Source: a bacterium
GTDB lineage: Bacteria; Patescibacteriota; Minisyncoccia; Phycocordibacterales; Phycocordibacteraceae
Length of the DNA: 64,000 nucleotides
Direction of reading: 5' to 3'
NCBI GenBank assembly: GCA_021849125.1
Contig: JAJZTG010000002.1
Coordinates: 12,573-76,572, forward strand
Part shown: in pieces, positions 34,085 through 41,726 of the stretch
Layout: every line of letters starts with the position of its first letter
How positions within the stretch are numbered: the first letter of the stretch is position 1
Translations under genes and position numbers: made by a program
The notes under the pieces: generated by a model
Seen by the model: the letters and a program-made list of their open reading frames with translations, nothing else
The model's database searches: none
Told to the model about the DNA's origin: nothing

Positions 34085-36450
34085 ACGGCTTCCATACTTC
34101 CCCAATCCGGCCCCGCTTTCACCGAGACGATGATCGGCACCTCGTGCGCTTCCTGGGGAGAGAGCACCGATTCCATGAGGTCTTGGATCTTCTCTGAAAG
34201 TTCTTCGAGCTTCTCCGTGCGCACTTCGTACACGAGTTCGTCGTGCACCTGGAGGATGAGATGCGCATCGTCTTCAGCTTTTTCCTTGCGGAGCATCTCG
34301 TCGATGCGCACCATCGCGAGCTTGATGATGTCTGCCTGTGTACCCTGAATGGGCGCGTTGATCGCCATGCGCTCTGCTTGCGCGCGTACGTACGGAAGCG
34401 AGGACTTCATCTCCGGAAACTGCCGACGGCGACCGAACAGGGTCTCGGTGTACCCGTGCGAACGTGCGAAACCCTTCGTCTCTTCGAGGTATTCAGAAAG
34501 CTTCTTGAACTGCCCGAAGTATTCATCATAAAACGCGTGCGTCTCGGCGGTCGTCGTTCCGAGCTGTTGTCGGAGCGCATTGATACCCATGCCGTAGAGG
34601 ATACCGAAGTTGATGACCTTCGCGCGACGACGCATCTCGGCATCCACGTCTTCAGGTGCCACATGAAAAACTTGAGCCGCGACCTCGCGATGCACGTCGC
34701 GGCCGCTCCCAAAGATCGCGCAGAGCTTAGGGTCGCCGGAAAGTATCGCGGCGATACGGAGCTCGATCTGCGAGTAGTCGAGCGCGAGGAGCGTGTAGCC
34801 ATCCCCCGCAACGAACGCGTGACGGATCGCGCGGCCGCGCTCCGAGCTGATCGGGATGTTCTGCAGGTTAGGATTCTGGCTTGCCATACGGCCGGTCGTG
34901 GTTCCTGTCTGCAGGAAATCAGCGTGCAATCTGTTTTCTTTGTCGAGCATCGGCGGGAGATTCTCGATATAGGTCGAGAGAAGCTTCTTCAGCTCACGGT
35001 ACGTGAGGATGTCGTCGACGATCGGGTGCTCGCCGCGGATCTTCTCGAGTTCGCTCTCCCGCGTCGAGCGTGCGCCGCCAGCCGTACGCTTCTGCCGCTC
35101 AGGAATGAGCTTGAGTTCGTCAAAGAGCACCTCCGCGAGCTGCTTGGGCGAACTTACGTTGAACTCGCGTCCCGCGCTCTGGTAGATCGCCTTCTCGATC
35201 TTCTCGAGCTGTGCGCGGTAATCCTTCGCGAGCTTGCTGAGCGTCTTGGTATCGATGCGTACGCCGCGAGCTTCCATCTTCCTGATGACCGGGATGAGTG
35301 GTTTTTCGATGTCCTCATACACCTCGTGCACCCGACCGAGCTCCTTCACTTGTTTGGTGAGTTCGGCATGCGCATCATCAAACGTGCGCGCTTTCGAGAA
35401 GGCCAAGATGTCATCGAGCGATGGGTTCGTGAACTCAGAAGAGACGAGCCAGAGCATCGACTGTGCTTCCGCGAAGCGCGTATCGTCGATCTCCTCTTCT
35501 TCAGGGAGTTCGACCTCCAGTTCCTGGGGCGCACCGAGAAGCGTCTTTACCCGCTCTTTGAGCGTACGGAAACCGAGCTCGTCGCAGAGCGCGAGAAGCT
35601 TCGCCGTCTCGACGCTCTCATGCCACTCTTGGGCCGGTAACGTAAAAGCGATCGGCGCATCCAGGCGAATGGTCGCGAGCGCTTTTGAGAAGCGCGCCAC
35701 CTCTTCGTGCTCTCGGAGCAGTCCGACGATGCGCGGCTTGATACCTTTTTTCGTAAGCGCGTCATCTCCCTTCTTTTCAAGAAGATCGTAGATGTCTTCC
35801 AGGGTGCCGAAGGTGGTAATGAGTTCGGTCGCGGTCTTCTCCCCGATACCGGGCACGCCCTTGATGTTGTCGGATGGGTCGCCGCGCAAACCCTTCCAGT
35901 CGGGAATGAGCGATGGGAGGAAGCCGAAGCGTGCGACGACCGCATTCTCGTCATAGAGGATCGTATCCTGGATACCCTTCTTGAGCGTGTAGACACGGAC
36001 ACGCTCATCGTCGACGAGCTGGAGGGTATCCATATCGCCGGATGCGATGATGACATCGACGTCATCTTCGCGGAGTTCGTGTGCGATCGTACCGAGAAGA
36101 TCATCGGCCTCATACCCCTCGCGCTCGTAGAGCGGGATCGAAAACGCCTTGAAGACTTTCCGCGACTCTTGGAGCTGCACGGCGAGCGCATCGTCTATCT
36201 TCTCGCGCGAGCCTTTGTACTCCTCGAAAGCTTCATGACGGATGGTCGGCTTCGGAAGGTCATAACACGCCGCAATGTAGTCGGGCTTCAGGTCCTGGAT
36301 GATCTTCAAGAGCATCGCGACGAGGCCGTACAAGGCGCCGGTCGGTGCACCGGACGGGCTCGTGAACTCAGGTAGCGCGTGATATGCGCGATGGATGATC
36401 GCGTGCGAATCGAGGAGCACGATGCGCTTCTTGAGAGACTTCTTAGCCAT
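34081..36450 (-). CDS. polA: DNA polymerase I
   Basis: 5'-3' exonuclease (LLDSHAIIHRAYHA, EADD, GDPSDNI) plus polymerase motifs (DYSQIELR, AKVINFGILYG, QVHDEL); 3'-5' exonuclease region shortened. Confidence 0.97.
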   Translation of the reverse strand: MAKKSLKKRIVLLDSHAIIHRAYHALPEFTSPSGAPTGALYGLVAMLLKIIQDLKPDYIAACYDLPKPTIRHEAFEEYKGSREKIDDALAVQLQESRKVFKAFSIPLYEREGYEADDLLGTIAHELREDDVDVIIASGDMDTLQLVDDERVRVYTLKKGIQDTILYDENAVVARFGFLPSLIPDWKGLRGDPSDNIKGVPGIGEKTATELITTFGTLEDIYDLLEKKGDDALTKKGIKPRIVGLLREHEEVARFSKALATIRLDAPIAFTLPAQEWHESVETAKLLALCDELGFRTLKERVKTLLGAPQELEVELPEEEEIDDTRFAEAQSMLWLVSSEFTNPSLDDILAFSKARTFDDAHAELTKQVKELGRVHEVYEDIEKPLIPVIRKMEARGVRIDTKTLSKLAKDYRAQLEKIEKAIYQSAGREFNVSSPKQLAEVLFDELKLIPERQKRTAGGARSTRESELEKIRGEHPIVDDILTYRELKKLLSTYIENLPPMLDKENRLHADFLQTGTTTGRMASQNPNLQNIPISSERGRAIRHAFVAGDGYTLLALDYSQIELRIAAILSGDPKLCAIFGSGRDVHREVAAQVFHVAPEDVDAEMRRRAKVINFGILYGMGINALRQQLGTTTAETHAFYDEYFGQFKKLSEYLEETKGFARSHGYTETLFGRRRQFPEMKSSLPYVRAQAERMAINAPIQGTQADIIKLAMVRIDEMLRKEKAEDDAHLILQVHDELVYEVRTEKLEELSEKIQDLMESVLSPQEAHEVPIIVSVKAGPDWGSMEAV

Positions 36451-36880
36451 ATATCATGTGTCGCGAACCGTCATCTCTGACCGAGAGTGCAATCCTCACC
36501 GCGGGAGGCGGGAGCGTATCGGCAACCTTCTCCGGCCACTCAAGCAAGATAAGTGTCTGCAGATCACGCATGATCTCATCGAACCCCAGTGGTGCAAGCT
36601 CTTTCCCAGACTCAAGCCGGTAGGCGTCGATGTGGACCAGCCGTTTGAATGCCTGCCCTTCGGGGAGGCGGTAGATCTTTTCGAGCACGAAGGTCGGGCT
36701 CGTGACGGTGTCTTGCACGCCAAGCGCACTCGCAACCGCCTTCGTAAATGCGGTCTTCCCCGCTCCGAGTTCGCCTGAGAGCGTGACGAGGGTCGCCTTT
36801 CCCGTATCCGGTACGAGAGTACTCGTGAACCTGGTCGCTTCAGCTTCCAGGTCGGTAAGAGTGGTCAGGACTTTATCCAT
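36443..36880 (-). CDS. tsaE: tRNA threonylcarbamoyladenosine biosynthesis ATPase TsaE
   Basis: LSGELGAGKT, VTSPTF, HIDAYRL, LEWPE. Confidence 0.95.
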   Translation of the reverse strand: MDKVLTTLTDLEAEATRFTSTLVPDTGKATLVTLSGELGAGKTAFTKAVASALGVQDTVTSPTFVLEKIYRLPEGQAFKRLVHIDAYRLESGKELAPLGFDEIMRDLQTLILLEWPEKVADTLPPPAVRIALSVRDDGSRHMIYG

Positions 36881-36963
36881 TCCCTCTATTTTACCCCTGA
36901 ACATTGAAAAACACCCAGCGCAAGAAGCTCTGGGTGTTGGTGCTGATGTTGGTGCTGGTGCCA

Positions 36964-37224
36964 CTAGCGACGACAAGTATGGCAATGGTTTGGCTCACGA
37001 CCGGGTGACGTATAGGTCCAGACGAACCCTATCGAACGGTTCGGATAGAAGTAATACGGCACCACTTGAGGCGGAGGGTAGAGCAGATGACAGTCATATC
37101 CGTCTGCTGCACACACCTTGGGACCTCCTGCGGTCTCGACGACCCGTGTCGCCGGATAGTAGATCGGAGCATGTCCACAGCCAGCCAAAAACGCAAGGAA
37201 CAGGAGCGCGATGAGGGGTCTCAT
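36964..37224 (-). CDS. Small putative lipoprotein, 86 aa (stand-alone cassette)
   Basis: MRPLIALLFLAFLAGC lipobox; GGAGG SD; upstream TTGACA-18-TATCCT. Confidence 0.6.
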   Translation of the reverse strand: MRPLIALLFLAFLAGCGHAPIYYPATRVVETAGGPKVCAADGYDCHLLYPPPQVVPYYFYPNRSIGFVWTYTSPGREPNHCHTCRR

Positions 37225-37330
37225 GTCTACCTCCCTAAGAAAAGTTGGACTACGTAAAGGATAGCACAATTAATAGCAATTTGTCAATACCCCTGCTTTT
37301 TGAGGCGAGGGTGGGCTATGATACCTAGAC

Positions 37331-39004
37331 ATGGATCTTCCATTTGACACGAAAGGGACCGACGTACACCTCGAAGAGATCCGCGAGCGCGAGGAAGAAG
37401 ACCTCGCTCGCATCTTGTCCGACAAATACGGCTTCCCGTACGCCGACCTCTCGTTGACCCAGGTCGATGCCGATGCGCTTCGCCTCATCCCGGAAGACAA
37501 AGCCACCGAGGCTGAGGCGGCAGCTTTCGCAAAGGTCGGCAAAACGCTCTCGCTCGCGGTACGCAACCCGAACAATCCCGCGCTTTCATCCCTCGTCGAG
37601 GATCTCACCGGACGAGGCTTTGAGGTGCAGCAACACTTCGTCTCCCAAAAAAGCCTCGAGCATGCCCTTGAACGCTACCGGGAGATCTCCCATACGACCG
37701 AATCAAAAGCGGGTAACGTTTCCGTGCTCGACGAGACGCTCGCCGACCTCGAGAAGGCCGGCATGACCCGAAGCGTTCTCTCGAAGCGCCTTGATGATGC
37801 GGCCATGGATCACTCGCTTACGCGCGTGTCGCACATCTTCGAGATACTCCTTGCCGGAGCTTTTGCCCTACGTGCATCCGACATCCACCTCGAGCCGCAA
37901 GAAGACAAAGCGGTACTGCGCCTGCGTATCGATGGTCTTCTGACCGAAATCTACTCTTTCGACCCCGCTACCTACCATCAGCTGAACGGCCGTATCAAGC
38001 TTCTCTCGGGCGCGAAGCTCAATATCACGAACCGCGCGCAGGATGGACGTTTCAGTATCACCCGCTCGACCAGCGAGATCGAGATGCGCGTTTCCTTCAT
38101 CCCTGGGAATTACGGCGAATCCATCGTGATGCGTATCCTCGACCCGGCAGCGACCAAGGTTTCGTACCGCGAGCTCGGCATCCATCCGAAACTCCTTGCG
38201 CGCCTGGAGACCGAGATCCAACGCCCCAACGGCATGCTCCTCACCACCGGTCCGACCGGTTCCGGTAAGACCACCACGCTCTACTCGTTCCTCCGCGAGA
38301 TCCAGAAACCAGAAATCAAGATCATCACGATCGAGGACCCGATCGAATACCACCTCGCAGGCATCGTGCAGACGCAGGTCGAGGGCGAGAAATACACGTT
38401 CGCCGAAGGGCTCCGCTCTATCGTGCGCCAGGACCCGGACATCATCATGGTCGGCGAGATCCGCGACGGCGAGACAGCCGAGATCGCCATCCAGGCAGCA
38501 CTCACCGGACACTTCGTCTTCTCTACCCTGCACACCAATGATGCTGCGGGTACCTTCCCGCGCCTCGCGGATCTCGGCGCTGACCCGAAGTCTTTCGGCT
38601 CCGCGATTACCGTCTCGATGGCGCAGCGCCTCCTCCGCCGCCTTCACCCGGAGCAGAAGAGAGAACGTCCGCTCACGCCAGAAGAGCGAGCTATGATCGA
38701 TCGCGTATTCGACACGCTTGCCGACAAATCGCTCATTCCGGAGAAGATCGAGACCGTCTGGGAGCCCGCCCCCGCGACGCCGGATGATACCGGCTACAGA
38801 GGTCGCATCGGCCTCTATGAAGCGATCTTCATGGATGACGCGCTCGCCGAATTCCTGCGCGATAACCCGCCTGATCATGAGATTGCCAAAGAAGCTGCGC
38901 GCCAAGGCTACCTCACGATGGCCCAGGACGGCATCTTGAAAGCTCTCCAAGGCGTCACGTCGCTTGATGAGGTCCTGAAGACGGTCAACCTTCCGCGAGG
39001 ATAG
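37331..39004 (+). CDS. pilB: Type IV pilus assembly ATPase PilB / GspE family
   Basis: ASDIHLEP, QDGRF, TGPTGSGKTTT, TIEDPIEY, RQDPDIIMVGEIRD, STLHTND. Confidence 0.92.
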   Translation: MDLPFDTKGTDVHLEEIREREEEDLARILSDKYGFPYADLSLTQVDADALRLIPEDKATEAEAAAFAKVGKTLSLAVRNPNNPALSSLVEDLTGRGFEVQQHFVSQKSLEHALERYREISHTTESKAGNVSVLDETLADLEKAGMTRSVLSKRLDDAAMDHSLTRVSHIFEILLAGAFALRASDIHLEPQEDKAVLRLRIDGLLTEIYSFDPATYHQLNGRIKLLSGAKLNITNRAQDGRFSITRSTSEIEMRVSFIPGNYGESIVMRILDPAATKVSYRELGIHPKLLARLETEIQRPNGMLLTTGPTGSGKTTTLYSFLREIQKPEIKIITIEDPIEYHLAGIVQTQVEGEKYTFAEGLRSIVRQDPDIIMVGEIRDGETAEIAIQAALTGHFVFSTLHTNDAAGTFPRLADLGADPKSFGSAITVSMAQRLLRRLHPEQKRERPLTPEERAMIDRVFDTLADKSLIPEKIETVWEPAPATPDDTGYRGRIGLYEAIFMDDALAEFLRDNPPDHEIAKEAARQGYLTMAQDGILKALQGVTSLDEVLKTVNLPRG

Positions 39005-39036
39005 AAAAACACCCGCGCAAAGCGCGGGTGTTTTTC
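39005..39036. terminator. Bidirectional intrinsic terminator
   Basis: AAAAACACCCGCGC-AAA-GCGCGGGTGTTTTT. Confidence 0.85.
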
Positions 39037-39052
39037 TGAACGGAATCCCGTC

Positions 39053-39193
39053 CATAATCCTCAAGGCAAAACCCACAAAATCGTGGGGTGAACGAGACAC
39101 CTGAGGAGATTTCCAGCAGAACCGCTAAAAGCGGTAACCAGAAAGTCCTTGGGGAAACGCCCGAAGCCGTCAAGCCTTGCCTAGAGGAGTATG
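39053..39193 (-). ncRNA. Putative rod-shaped ncRNA (6S RNA-like)
   Basis: Ends pair (TCCTCTAGGCAAGGC with GTTTTGCCTTGAGGA); inner stems, central bubble and terminal ACCGC-TTTTA-GCGGT hairpin; G-U pairs favour the minus strand. Confidence 0.5.
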
Positions 39194-39241
39194 AACAGGA
39201 TCAAGAAAACTATGCTAGAATGCTAGCACTGGAGTATTTTT

Positions 39242-40222
39242 ATGTCAAGTCCCTCACACGACCAGCTCCCTTCCCCGCTCTCGCTCGATGCGGCGCTCCG
39301 CCCGACTCATTGGGACGAATATATAGGCCAGAAACAGATCAAAGCGAACGTGCGCGTGGCTATCGACGCCGCGAAAAAGCGCGGCGACATGCCGGAACAC
39401 ATCCTTTTCTACGGTCCGCCCGGCGTGGGCAAGACGACCCTAGCGCACTTGGTTGCGGTCACGCTCGAATCGCCCCTTAAGAGCACCTCAGGTGTCGCGA
39501 TCGAACGTGCCGGTGATCTTGCTGCGATCCTTACGAACCTCGAACCGCACACGGTCCTCTTCATCGACGAGATCCATCGCCTTTCGCACAAGATCGAGGA
39601 GCTTCTCTACCCCGCGCTTGAGTCAGGACATCTCGATATCGTGCTGGGGAAAGGTCCTTCGGCCCGCACGGTCGAGCTCGCGCTCCCGCCTTTCACGCTT
39701 GTCGGCGCGACGACGCGCATCGCCGAACTCTCAGCGCCGCTTCGCTCACGTTTCGGCGGCGGTACCTACCAGCTCGATTTTTACAACGATGAGGATGTGC
39801 GCGACATCCTGCGACATTCGTCTCGGCGACTCGAACTCGACGCGCCCATCGATGTCATCGAGAGCATCGCAGCACGCAGCCGTGCGACTCCGCGTATCGC
39901 GAACGCGCTCCTGAAGCGTGTACGTGATTTTGCAGAAGTGAAAGAACGCCCGCTCTCTGCAGAACTCTGCGATGAAGCATACGACCTCTTCGGTATCGAT
40001 ACGCTCGGCCTCACCAAGGACGACCGGCGGTACCTCACCACGCTTAAGGAAGGCTTTAAGGGCGGCCCTGCGGGCGTCCGTGCGCTGGCTTCGAGCCTTC
40101 ATGAAGATCCTGACACTATCGAGAGCGTCTACGAGCCCTACCTCCTCCGACTCGGCCTCATCGAACGCTCTCTCCGTGGCCGCATCCTTACCGAAAAAGG
40201 CCGTGCGTACTTGGACAATTGA
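39242..40222 (+). CDS. ruvB: Holliday junction branch migration helicase RuvB
   Basis: LRP...EYIGQ, GPPGVGKTT, FIDEIHRL, FTLVGATTR, YEPYLL. Confidence 0.98.
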   Translation: MSSPSHDQLPSPLSLDAALRPTHWDEYIGQKQIKANVRVAIDAAKKRGDMPEHILFYGPPGVGKTTLAHLVAVTLESPLKSTSGVAIERAGDLAAILTNLEPHTVLFIDEIHRLSHKIEELLYPALESGHLDIVLGKGPSARTVELALPPFTLVGATTRIAELSAPLRSRFGGGTYQLDFYNDEDVRDILRHSSRRLELDAPIDVIESIAARSRATPRIANALLKRVRDFAEVKERPLSAELCDEAYDLFGIDTLGLTKDDRRYLTTLKEGFKGGPAGVRALASSLHEDPDTIESVYEPYLLRLGLIERSLRGRILTEKGRAYLDN

Positions 40223-40254
40223 ATATCGTATTCCCTTTTTGATATAGTTCCCCT

Positions 40255-40818
40255 ATGTCAGGACACAGTAAATGGGCAACGACGAAACGCCGCAAGGAAG
40301 CGGTCGATGCGGTGCGTGGCAAGGTGTTCGCGCGCTACGCTCGCCTCATCATGCTCGAATCGAAGAAAGCAAGCGGGGATACCTCGGCACCGAACTTGGC
40401 AGCCGTCATCGCCCGTGCGAAAGCGGATAACGTACCGAAGGACAACATTGATCGCGCCGTCGCGAAGGGTGCCTCGAAAGAAGGCGCTTCGCTTGAAGAG
40501 ATTACGTATGAAGCGTACGGCCCCGCGGGCGTCGCGATCATCGCGACCGCGCTTACCGACAACAAGAACCGTACGACGCCTGAAATAAAGCATCTTCTCT
40601 CGAAACTAGGTTTCGAAGTGTCTGCTCCGGGAGCAGCCAGTTGGGCCTTCGCCAAGACTGGCATGCGCTACATCCCGAATGAACCTCTGGTCGATATCTC
40701 CGGTGACGATGAAGAGAAGCTCGTCGCGATCCTCGAAGCGCTCGATGATCATGAAGATGTGCAGGCTATCTTCACGAACGCACGCGGATACGAGAACACG
40801 GACGAGGATGAGTCATAG
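40255..40818 (+). CDS. yebC: YebC/PmpR family protein (short, 187 aa)
   Basis: MSGHSKW, PKDNIDRA, YEAYGPAG, TDNKNRT, LDDHEDVQ. Confidence 0.93.
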   Translation: MSGHSKWATTKRRKEAVDAVRGKVFARYARLIMLESKKASGDTSAPNLAAVIARAKADNVPKDNIDRAVAKGASKEGASLEEITYEAYGPAGVAIIATALTDNKNRTTPEIKHLLSKLGFEVSAPGAASWAFAKTGMRYIPNEPLVDISGDDEEKLVAILEALDDHEDVQAIFTNARGYENTDEDES

Positions 40819-40824
40819 GGAGAT

Positions 40825-40891
40825 GGAGAAGCTGGAAATGGCGACGAGACTCGGCCAAGCGGCCCGGAACACTGCCAGTTCCAGCTTCTCC
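40825..40891. repeat. Inverted-repeat-bounded intergenic element
   Basis: GGAGAAGCTGGAA (40825-40837) pairs with TTCCAGCTTCTCC (40879-40891). Confidence 0.6.
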
Positions 40892-40902
40892 CTCAAACCA
40901 TC

Positions 40903-41376
40903 ATGCGTGTCTTAGGCATCGACCCCGGATATGATCGGCTCGGTATCGCCGTGGTCGAAGGCGACCCTTCGCGCCCGGTTCTCGTTTGGAGCGATTGCAT
41001 CCTCCCCCATCCCGGTTCTCCGGAGAAACGGCTCGCTGAGGTAGCGCAAGCCGTTTCTTCCGCCATCAGCACCTATCACCCCGATGCTCTTGGCATTGAG
41101 ACGCTCTTTTTCAGTAAGAATGCCAAAACGGCTCTTGGGGTCGCTGAGGCACGCGGGGCGATCCTGGCATCCGCAGGATTAGCGTCTCTTCCTGTCATCG
41201 AGTGCTCCCCACAGCAGGTAAAACTCTCCGTGACCGGTTATGGGAACGCTGATAAGGCGGCGGTAGCAAACATGATCCCGCGTCTTCTCACTCTCCCTGA
41301 GAAGAAACGTCTGGATGACGAACTCGACGCGATCGCGGTCGGGATTGCCACCCTTGCCACCGGTTTACCGAAATAA
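40903..41376 (+). CDS. ruvC: Crossover junction endodeoxyribonuclease RuvC
   Basis: VLGIDPG, IETLFF, EARG, VTGYGNADK, DDELDAIA. Confidence 0.97.
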   Translation: MRVLGIDPGYDRLGIAVVEGDPSRPVLVWSDCILPHPGSPEKRLAEVAQAVSSAISTYHPDALGIETLFFSKNAKTALGVAEARGAILASAGLASLPVIECSPQQVKLSVTGYGNADKAAVANMIPRLLTLPEKKRLDDELDAIAVGIATLATGLPK

Positions 41377-41477
41377 TCCACACCTCAGATGAAACCTGCT
41401 TGCATTGAGCGTAGATTTTGCTCAAATATATCGGTCCCCGGCGAGGGGCCTGTAACAAGCAATTCGTATCTATACTT

Positions 41478-41663
41478 ATGACGGACGATTTCAATCCGGA
41501 ACTTGAAGAGGAGATGGGCGATGGCGTAGAAGAACCTACCGATGACGACCTCATGATGGGCGACGACGGCGATGGTGACGACTACGCTCATGATGGCGAC
41601 GACGGCGAGGAGGATCCTTTTTCTATGGGGTTCCATGAAGATGAGCCTGAGTCGGACTTCTAA
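41478..41663 (+). CDS. Very acidic small hypothetical protein, 61 aa
   Basis: MTDDFNPELEEEMGDG...EDEPESDF; no Lys or Arg. Confidence 0.6.
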   Translation: MTDDFNPELEEEMGDGVEEPTDDDLMMGDDGDGDDYAHDGDDGEEDPFSMGFHEDEPESDF

Positions 41664-41679
41664 TCCATATACGGACCGA

Positions 41680-41717
41680 CTAGCACGCGCGGCTGCATAT
41701 GCAGCCGCGCGTGCTAG
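41680..41717. repeat. Perfect 38-bp palindrome
   Basis: CTAGCACGCGCGGCTGCAT|ATGCAGCCGCGCGTGCTAG. Confidence 0.85.
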
Positions 41718-41726
41718 CATATCCCC

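Noticed and set aside
36443-36985. N-terminal extension of TsaE with APAPTSAPT repeats
   Set aside because: It runs through a terminator hairpin; a -10 box 7 nt before MDKV marks the likely true start.
39053-39193. SRP (4.5S) RNA or a protein-coding ORF (39088-39480)
   Set aside because: Lacks the SRP domain IV GGAA tetraloop and AGCAG signature; the ORF overlaps ruvB out of frame with no motif.
40255-40818. yebC (and the holA-like gene) as pseudogenes because of short length
   Set aside because: Frames are open with intact N- and C-terminal motifs, consistent with streamlined proteins.
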